From contig CAJFVQ010000009.1 of assembly GCA_904420535.1 (NCBI GenBank), positions 7,694 to 71,693 of the forward strand: 64,000 nt of DNA. Reading direction: 5' to 3'. A program made the position numbers and the translations under genes. Source of the stretch: Candidatus Cryptoclostridium obscurum. GTDB taxonomy: Bacteria; Bacillota; Dehalobacteriia; UBA7702. The stretch's first letter is position 1. Every line of letters starts with the position of its first letter. Below the pieces are notes generated by a model. It made no database searches. It saw only the letters and a list, made by a program, of their open reading frames with translations, and was not told the origin of the DNA. This document shows, piece by piece, positions 58,096 to 64,000 of the stretch.

Positions 58096-58728
58096 ATGGT
58101 TACAAAAGAAATATTACAAGAAGCCTTAGCAAAGCGTATTGGCCAAAAGGCTTTTGAGCGATTACAGCAATCTGCCGTGGCTGTGGCAGGACTTGGAGGG
58201 CTCGGTTCCCATATTGCTGTGATGCTGGCTCGCAGCGGTGTGGGGAAACTCTTTTTGGTGGATTTTGATACGGTGGATATTTCCAATCTCAACCGTCAAG
58301 TTTACCGCATCAATGATATTGGCAGGTCCAAAACTGAGGCCATGGCGGAAATCATTGGAGAAATCAATCCCTATACAGTCGTAGAGACATTGCAAACCCG
58401 GGTGAGAACAGAGAATGTAGGGAAACTTTTTGGGGATTACTCCATTGTTTGTGAAGCCTTTGACGTTGCTGAGGAAAAGGCAATGCTCGTCAATACCTTA
58501 TTGGAGCAATGTCCCAATACCGTTATCATTTCCGGCATTGGTATGGCAGGATACGGCAGCAGCAATGAAATTGTGACCAAGCAGTCGATGAAGCGTCTCT
58601 ATCTTTGCGGGGACGGTCATAGTGATAGTGGCCATGGCCCAGGGTTGACAGCGCCTCGAGTAACGCTTTGCGCGGCGCATCAGGGAAATATGGCGCTCCG
58701 CCTTATTATGGGGGAAACAGAAGCGTAA
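58096..58728 (+). CDS. thiF: ThiS adenylyltransferase (short E1-like ThiF)
   Basis: [41 protein letters not shown] nucleotide-binding motif. Confidence 0.8.
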   Translation: MVTKEILQEALAKRIGQKAFERLQQSAVAVAGLGGLGSHIAVMLARSGVGKLFLVDFDTVDISNLNRQVYRINDIGRSKTEAMAEIIGEINPYTVVETLQTRVRTENVGKLFGDYSIVCEAFDVAEEKAMLVNTLLEQCPNTVIISGIGMAGYGSSNEIVTKQSMKRLYLCGDGHSDSGHGPGLTAPRVTLCAAHQGNMALRLIMGETEA

Positions 58729-58762
58729 ATATATGATTTATGGAAGGAATAGGAGAATCATC

Positions 58763-59533
58763 GTGAATAAGGACAAACTCATCATTGGCGGACATGAGTT
58801 CCGCTCACGGTTTATTTTAGGTTCGGGAAAATACAATGTAGCATTGATCAAAGCTGCAGTGGAATGTGCTGGAGCAGAAATGATCACTTTGGCGCTGCGT
58901 CGCGTCAATTCTGCCGGAGAAGGGAGTATCTTGGAACATATTCCCCAGGGAGTGACGCTGCTACCCAATACCTCCGGCGCCAGAAACGCAGAAGAATCAT
59001 TGCGTATCGCTCGTCTCGCAAGGGAACTAGGTTGCGGGGATTTTATCAAAGTTGAGGTGATTCACGATTCCAAATATCTGCTTCCCGATAATTATGAAAC
59101 TGTAAAGGCCACGGAATTATTGGCGAAAGAGGGTTTTATCGTTTTGCCCTATATGTATCCGGATCTCAATGCTGCCAGGGATATGGTTAATGCCGGAGCA
59201 GCTGCTATTATGCCTTTGGCCGCTCCCATTGGTTCCAATAAAGGCCTTTCCACGAAGGATTTTATTGAGATTCTCGTTGATGAGATCGACCTTCCCATCA
59301 TTGTAGATGCGGGAATCGGTCGTCCTTCCCAGGCTTGTGAGGCCATGGAAATGGGGGTTTCCGCCATTATGGCCAATACTGCCATTGCCACGGCGGGAGA
59401 TATCCCTATGATGGCCACAGCTTTCCGCAAGGCAATTGAAGCGGGCCGCGAAGCATACCTGGCAAAACTTGGTCGCGTGGTGGGAAAAGGCGGCGTTGCA
59501 TCCTCTCCGTTGACGGGCTTTTTGGCCGATTAA
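58763..59533 (+). CDS. thiG: thiazole synthase
   Basis: [21 protein letters not shown]...the Schiff-base Lys region. GTG start with AGGAGAA. The track start is 58733. Confidence 0.85.
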   Translation: MNKDKLIIGGHEFRSRFILGSGKYNVALIKAAVECAGAEMITLALRRVNSAGEGSILEHIPQGVTLLPNTSGARNAEESLRIARLARELGCGDFIKVEVIHDSKYLLPDNYETVKATELLAKEGFIVLPYMYPDLNAARDMVNAGAAAIMPLAAPIGSNKGLSTKDFIEILVDEIDLPIIVDAGIGRPSQACEAMEMGVSAIMANTAIATAGDIPMMATAFRKAIEAGREAYLAKLGRVVGKGGVASSPLTGFLAD

Positions 59534-59551
59534 GGGAAGAAAGGGAGAATT

Positions 59552-60712
59552 ATGATGAAACAACCAGTGGATCATATGAAATATATGGAGGGTATGGAGG
59601 TGATCTCTTCCGAGGTTATGGATCGCGTCATCGCTGACAGAGAGGCTTACGACCCATCGTATTATACTGCCGCCCATGTTCAATCTGCTTTGGGGCGGGA
59701 ACATTGCACCCAAGAGGATTTCGCGGCACTGCTTTCTCCTGCGGCGGAACCGTTTTTGGAGGAAATGGCCCAAAAAGCAAAAACGGAAACAGCAAAACAT
59801 TTTGGTAGCTCTATTTATCTTTTCACGCCGCTTTACATTTCCAATTATTGTGAAAATTACTGTGTGTATTGTGGCTTTAATTGCCACAATCGGATCAGTC
59901 GCGCCAAGTTGGAAATGACCGATGTGGAACGAGAACTCAAAGCCATTGCCGCCACAGGGTTGGAAGAAATACTAATCCTTACCGGGGAAAGTCGAAAAAA
60001 GTCCGATGTGGCCTATATCGGGGAAGCGTGCAAACTTGCCAAACAGTATTTTAAAAATGTGGGAATTGAGGTTTACCCCATGAATTCCGACGAATACGCT
60101 TATCTGCACCAATGCGGCGTTGATTTTGTCACGGTATTTCAGGAAACTTATGATTCTGACCGCTATGAAACATTGCATTTAGCCGGACATAAGCGTGTAT
60201 TTCCCTATCGCATTAACGCCCAGGAACGGGCTTTGATGGGAGGAATGCGGGGCGTAGCTTTCGGGGCCTTGTTGGGCCTTGCCGACTTCCGCAAAGACGC
60301 TTTTGCTACAGGGACACATGGGTGGCTGCTGCAAAAAAAATATCCCCATGCGGAGATCTCTTTTTCCTGCCCTCGTTTGCGCCCCATTGTGAACAATGAT
60401 CAGATCAATCCCAAAGATGTTCATGAACGCCAGCTGCTTCAGGTCATGTGCGCCTATCGAATTTTTATGCCATTCGCCGGCCTTACCATTTCCAGCAGAG
60501 AACGGGCCGGATTTCGCGACCATGTTGTGGGACTTTGCGCCACAAAAATTTCCGCAGGCGTTAGCACCGGTATCGGCAGTCATGTGGAAGAAGTATCGGA
60601 AAAAGGCGACGAACAGTTTGAGATCGCTGATAATCGTAATTTGGATGAGGTGTGCGCCGCCATTCGCAGTCGAGGACTGCAACCTGTAATGAACGATTAT
60701 ATTTTCGTGTGA
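59552..60712 (+). CDS. thiH: 2-iminoacetate synthase (tyrosine lyase, radical SAM)
   Basis: CENYCVYCGF radical-SAM CxxxCxxC motif. ThiH-type length and C-terminal domain. Confidence 0.85.
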   Translation: MMKQPVDHMKYMEGMEVISSEVMDRVIADREAYDPSYYTAAHVQSALGREHCTQEDFAALLSPAAEPFLEEMAQKAKTETAKHFGSSIYLFTPLYISNYCENYCVYCGFNCHNRISRAKLEMTDVERELKAIAATGLEEILILTGESRKKSDVAYIGEACKLAKQYFKNVGIEVYPMNSDEYAYLHQCGVDFVTVFQETYDSDRYETLHLAGHKRVFPYRINAQERALMGGMRGVAFGALLGLADFRKDAFATGTHGWLLQKKYPHAEISFSCPRLRPIVNNDQINPKDVHERQLLQVMCAYRIFMPFAGLTISSRERAGFRDHVVGLCATKISAGVSTGIGSHVEEVSEKGDEQFEIADNRNLDEVCAAIRSRGLQPVMNDYIFV

Positions 60713-60723
60713 GGATTGAGATC

Positions 60724-61314
60724 ATGGAACAAAAATCTTTGGTGAAGGTGGCAGTAACCAATCGCCGTCTTTGCGAAAGCTCCCTCGGGGAGCAGATCGC
60801 TCGCTTGGCCAATGAGAAGGTCCATCGTCCGGATCTTTTGATTTTGCGGGAAAAAGATCTGCCGGAAAATGAGTATGAAGCGTTGGCGCGGGAAGTGCTT
60901 TCATTGTGTGAAGACCTAAATCTCCGGTGCATACTCCATACGTATGTTGAGACTGCCCGAAGGCTGAGAGTCGATGGGATCCATTTGCCGTTTTCTTTGT
61001 GGAGGAAACATCTTGAAGAACTTTCAGATTTTTCCTTCCTGGGGGTTTCCGTTCACAGTGTGGAAGAAGCGCGTTTTGCCCAGGAACATGGTGTTTCTTA
61101 TCTTACTGCAGGCCACATTTTTGCCACCGATTGTAAAAAAGGAGCGCCACCTCGGGGCCTCAATTTTTTAAAAGAAGTGTGCGAATCTGTTTATGTTCCC
61201 GTTTATGCCATTGGGGGGATCACCCCTCAAAGAATCCCCGAGATTGTGCAAGGGTGCCCATCTATTGCCGGAGTTTGCATGATGTCTTATTATATGAAAC
61301 TTTCAATCAGATAA
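60724..61314 (+). CDS. thiE: thiamine-phosphate synthase / TenI-family protein
   Basis: TIM-barrel TMP-synthase pattern VAVTNRRL...LILREKDL...VDGIHLP...GVSVHS...YLTAGHIF...YAIGGI. Start MEQKSL with RBS GAGGATTGAG. Confidence 0.7.
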   Translation: MEQKSLVKVAVTNRRLCESSLGEQIARLANEKVHRPDLLILREKDLPENEYEALAREVLSLCEDLNLRCILHTYVETARRLRVDGIHLPFSLWRKHLEELSDFSFLGVSVHSVEEARFAQEHGVSYLTAGHIFATDCKKGAPPRGLNFLKEVCESVYVPVYAIGGITPQRIPEIVQGCPSIAGVCMMSYYMKLSIR

Positions 61315-61348
61315 GAGATAAGCATTCAAGATGATCAGACGGAACAAT

Positions 61349-61384
61349 AAGCGAAGTAAACGCAGGAGTTCTTTATGGAACTCC
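61349..61384. terminator. bidirectional terminator between thiE and convergent glnK
   Basis: AACGCAGGAGTTC-tttatg-GAACTCCTGCGTT followed by TTG. Confidence 0.6.
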
Positions 61385-61429
61385 TGCGTTTTGTAAAGGA
61401 AAGAAAATAGAGAAGAAAGAGGATTTGCT

Positions 61430-61795
61430 TTATGATTCTTCACCCTGAGGTGGGTTGATTGCTGCGGCGCCGGTATCTCTAGTGCGAATACGAATGACGT
61501 TGTCGAGATCGTAGACAAAGATCTTTCCATCGCCTACATTACCAGTATAGGCGGAGTCAATAATGGCGTTGATGGCTTTTTCCGCCCATTCGTCGGTAGA
61601 AACGACGATTTCGAATTTGATTTTTGCCATTAAATGGATGTCAACATGTTGCCCGCGGACAACTTCCGTCATTCCATGTTGTGTTCCGCATCCCATGACT
61701 TGATACATGGTGATACCATGAACTTCTATATTATTTAACGCTTCTTTGACGTCCTCCATTTTTTCGGGACGGACGATGGCTTCAATTTTTTTCAT
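61430..61795 (-). CDS. glnK: nitrogen regulatory protein P-II
   Basis: MKKIEAIVRPEKMEDVKEAL...T-loop region...B-loop. Downstream of amtB in the standard amtB-glnK arrangement. It has a ~9 aa C-terminal extension. Confidence 0.85.
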   Translation of the reverse strand: MKKIEAIVRPEKMEDVKEALNNIEVHGITMYQVMGCGTQHGMTEVVRGQHVDIHLMAKIKFEIVVSTDEWAEKAINAIIDSAYTGNVGDGKIFVYDLDNVIRIRTRDTGAAAINPPQGEES

Positions 61796-61829
61796 AACAA
61801 TGATCCTTTCTATTGGATGATTTGGATGA

Positions 61830-63059
61830 TTAGTCTAACCCGTTGAAGGAAGGATAGGCTGATTCGCCGTGTTCGGTATAGTCGAGGCCAAGTTGTTCCT
61901 CTTTGGGCGAGACGCGCAACGGAGTAATGAGTCGTACTAATCCCAGACAAATCAACGTGCCAACCACTGCCACAGCAATGGTGATGACAATGCTGAGTAC
62001 TTGGGCAACGAAGAGTTGTGTATCGCCGAAAAACAAGCCGTTCCATTGGGCAACGTCATTGATGGAAGTCTGTGCGAAAAGCCCCGTGGCGATACCGCCC
62101 CAAATGCCGCCGATCCCGTGACAACCAAAGGCATCCAAAGCATCATCATAACCGAAACGAGTCTTAATGACTGTCACACAGAAATAACAAATGGGACTTG
62201 CCAAAGCGCCGATGATAAAGGATGCCCAAATTGGGACAAACCCTGCGCCGGGAGTAATGGCCACAAGACCGATGACCAGGCCGGTAAGCGCCCCGACCAA
62301 TGTGGGCTTTTTATCTCTGATCACATCGATCAACATCCAGGAAAGCATGGCGCAGGCAGCGGAAGTGTTGGTGGTGATAAAAGCATGAACCGCCAAACCG
62401 TTGGCAGCCAATGCGCTGCCGCCGTTGAAGCCAAACCATCCGAACCAGAGAATGGTGGCGCCCAGAAGAATAAATGGGATATTGTGGGGTTTGTAGCGGA
62501 TATCTTTCCGTTTCCCTAAAATGATAGCAGCCACAAGACCACTAACACCGGAGCTGATGTGAACCACATTGCCGCCGGCAAAGTCAACAGAGCCGATATC
62601 GGCCAAGAACCCACCGCCCCAAACCATATGAGCCATGGGGTAGTATACCAAAAAAGACCAGAAAATAATGAAGAAGAAAAGTGCTTTAAATTTCATTCTG
62701 CCTGCCAAAGCCCCGGTAATTAATGCGGGGGTGATGATGGCAAACATCATTTGAAATGCGGCGAAAGCCAAATGGGGGATGGTATCGGAATAAGGTCCGG
62801 CCTCCCAACCTACGCCGTTAAGTCCCAACCAGTCGAGGTTGCCAATGACACTGCCGATGTCACCACTGAATGACAGGGAATAACCGACAAGCACCCACAA
62901 CACGGAAGCAACCCCCATAATAAAAAGAGAAGACATCATGGTGTTCAGTACGTTTTTGCGGCGTACCAAACCGCCGTAAAAGAATGCGAGTCCCGGTGTC
63001 ATAAACATTACCAGCGTTGTGCATATCAGCACAAATGCGGTATCTCCTGCGTTAATCAT
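61830..63059 (-). CDS. amtB: ammonium transporter
   Basis: Eleven TM helices, with the Amt signature DFAGGNVVHISSG and twin-His region. RBS GGAGTGAGGAA. Confidence 0.9.
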   Translation of the reverse strand: MINAGDTAFVLICTTLVMFMTPGLAFFYGGLVRRKNVLNTMMSSLFIMGVASVLWVLVGYSLSFSGDIGSVIGNLDWLGLNGVGWEAGPYSDTIPHLAFAAFQMMFAIITPALITGALAGRMKFKALFFFIIFWSFLVYYPMAHMVWGGGFLADIGSVDFAGGNVVHISSGVSGLVAAIILGKRKDIRYKPHNIPFILLGATILWFGWFGFNGGSALAANGLAVHAFITTNTSAACAMLSWMLIDVIRDKKPTLVGALTGLVIGLVAITPGAGFVPIWASFIIGALASPICYFCVTVIKTRFGYDDALDAFGCHGIGGIWGGIATGLFAQTSINDVAQWNGLFFGDTQLFVAQVLSIVITIAVAVVGTLICLGLVRLITPLRVSPKEEQLGLDYTEHGESAYPSFNGLD

Positions 63060-63379
63060 AGTTCCTCACTCCTTAAAATAAAAAATGAAGATGTCCCGGA
63101 ATCCCAAGGGATTCAAGAACATCTTCGTTCCCCTTCAATATACCAAACTATGCCGAGAATGTCAATATGGATTTTGAAAAAATTACATGAAACTTTCATC
63201 GTATCTTCATGGGGATTTTAAATATTGCTTAGGACTGATATAAAATACAAAGTTCACTCTGTTTAAAGATCAGTAAAAATGTATGGTGGTTTTTCATTTT
63301 ATGATTGTTTAGGGAAAGGGGATTGGCGTAAGAACGCAGGAGATACAAACTTCCGCGACATGATAGCTTATGATGATTT

Positions 63380-63404
63380 ATGTATAATTTGATAAATTAT
63401 ACAT
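63380..63404. promoter_or_regulatory. perfect 11-3-11 inverted repeat ~320 bp upstream of amtB
   Basis: ATGTATAATTT-GAT-AAATTATACAT. It contains a TGT...ACA core but is longer than the 17 bp GlnR/TnrA consensus. Confidence 0.35.
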
Positions 63405-63511
63405 TTATAGTGGATTCAATCATATAACGAAAAAGCTATCTGGCAATCATAGACGAAGTATAGCAGCTAGTATGGAGAACGGTCAAGAAGTCATGGTTTC
63501 CCAAGAAAGTG

Positions 63512-63540
63512 TTGACAACTGCATAGTATAATTTTATAAT
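63512..63540 (+). promoter_or_regulatory. consensus sigma-A promoter for the GH25 gene
   Basis: TTGACA, a 17 nt spacer, then TATAAT, 55 nt upstream of the ATG. Confidence 0.5.
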
Positions 63541-63594
63541 TGAATAATCAATAAAAAATAGAAAAATATGTTTTCATAAAAGAAAGGTGTACAG

Positions 63595-63999
63595 ATGAAG
63601 AAAAAACTTTTATTTTCAATGCTACTCGTCGTAATGCTGGCCTTTTCTCTTCCCGTCGCGGCTCAGGACGAAGACCCCGGCAGCGGTCGTTTGGAAACGA
63701 GGGCTGATTCCACGTTTTATGAAAGTCCTGTGGCTACGTCTTCTAGCAGTGATGTGATTTTGTCTTACGATACATATCAAAGCCCTTTGACCGGGCTTAC
63801 CTATACTTTGCGTCAGTCGGGTAATGTCGTCAATGGAATCGACGTCTCTTATTATAATGGGAACGTCAATTGGGAAGAAGTAAAGGCAGCTGGTATTGAT
63901 TTCGTTATCATTCGTTGTGGCTATCGTGGTTATGGTGCCGAGGGTAATATAGCCCAAGATGTCAAATTTGAATCTAATATTCAGGGCGCCCTTGCGGCC
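63595..63999 (+). CDS. secreted GH25-family muramidase (lysozyme), N-terminal part (3' end outside the window)
   Basis: Signal peptide MKKKLLFSMLLVVMLAFSLPVAA|QDE, then the GH25 start motif GIDVSYYNGNVNWEEVKAAGIDFVIIRCGYRGYG. RBS AAAGAAAGGTG. It is not in the ORF track because there is no stop before the window end. Confidence 0.7.
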   Translation, partial: MKKKLLFSMLLVVMLAFSLPVAAQDEDPGSGRLETRADSTFYESPVATSSSSDVILSYDTYQSPLTGLTYTLRQSGNVVNGIDVSYYNGNVNWEEVKAAGIDFVIIRCGYRGYGAEGNIAQDVKFESNIQGALAA

Positions 64000-64000
64000 G

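Noticed and set aside
61303-61530. 75 aa minus-strand ORF overlapping the thiE 3' end and glnK terminator
   Set aside because: It spans a terminator hairpin, has no RBS and is low complexity.
1-64000. tRNA/rRNA genes, CRISPR arrays, IS elements, integrases, prophage remnants
   Set aside because: I scanned for GTTCGA-type T-arm motifs, short regularly spaced repeats, and transposase/integrase-like translations. None were found. The only repeats are the LysM coding repeats, the 2-copy 66 bp element at 23.2 kb and a 9 nt CCAAATGCT tandem at 28.65 kb.

Overview
Largely core chromosome of a low-GC Firmicute, probably an anaerobic endospore former. The anaerobe/sporeformer guess rests on ThiH, an Isf-type flavoprotein, a corrinoid protein, and SpoIIM-, SpoVD- and SpoVE-like genes. 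It is inferred from gene content only.

Genes run, left to right:
- **1-3.3 kb:** the 3' end of pyruvate kinase, a double-HTH protein, a DUF5665-like protein, lspA and rluD.
- **3.3-9.4 kb:** a compact pyr operon, pyrR-pyrB-pyrC-pyrK-pyrD-pyrF-pyrE, behind a PyrR-type attenuator. It has no carAB or pyrP.
- **9.4-12.9 kb:** a DUF1113-like membrane protein (minus strand), then rplU-rpmA, obg and yhbY.
- **12.9-14.1 kb (minus strand):** a GNAT-like/SpoIIM(DUF95)-like fusion protein.
- **14.6-18.7 kb (minus strand):** a FecCD/BtuFCD-type ABC importer and a lone corrinoid (B12-binding) protein.
- **18.9-23.0 kb:** a 10x LysM protein with no signal peptide, an SSS-family symporter, and a lipoprotein (minus strand).
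- **23.2-28.0 kb:** a tandem repeat ahead of a YlbF-like gene, then a MoxR-type AAA ATPase, a CoxE-type VWA protein, an FmdB zinc ribbon, an acidic membrane protein and a COG2426 small export protein.
- **28.0-28.8 kb:** an ~860 bp non-coding region.
- **28.8-42.8 kb:** the dcw cluster, mraZ-rsmH-ftsL-spoVD(PBP)-murE-mraY-murD-ftsW/spoVE-murG-murC-murB-murA. murF and ftsQAZ are absent.
- **43.3-45.7 kb:** an ABC-2 exporter pair (minus strand) and a TetR regulator.
- **45.8-50.6 kb:** a YcxB-like protein, a small hypothetical protein and purF (all minus strand); a LysR regulator (minus strand); a decayed YbaK-like pseudogene; and a PhzF-family protein.
- **51.2-55.2 kb (minus strand):** an HK-RR two-component pair and a cupin-Isf-flavodoxin operon.
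- **55.4-61.3 kb:** a soluble SdhB-like/SdhA-like pair in B-then-A order, followed by thiS-thiF-thiG-thiH-thiE behind a consensus promoter, with no recognisable TPP riboswitch.
- **61.4-64.0 kb:** glnK-amtB (minus strand) and the 5' end of a GH25 muramidase.

I saw no tRNA, rRNA, CRISPR, transposase or integrase. All calls are from reading the translations and the DNA by eye. Nothing was searched against a database.
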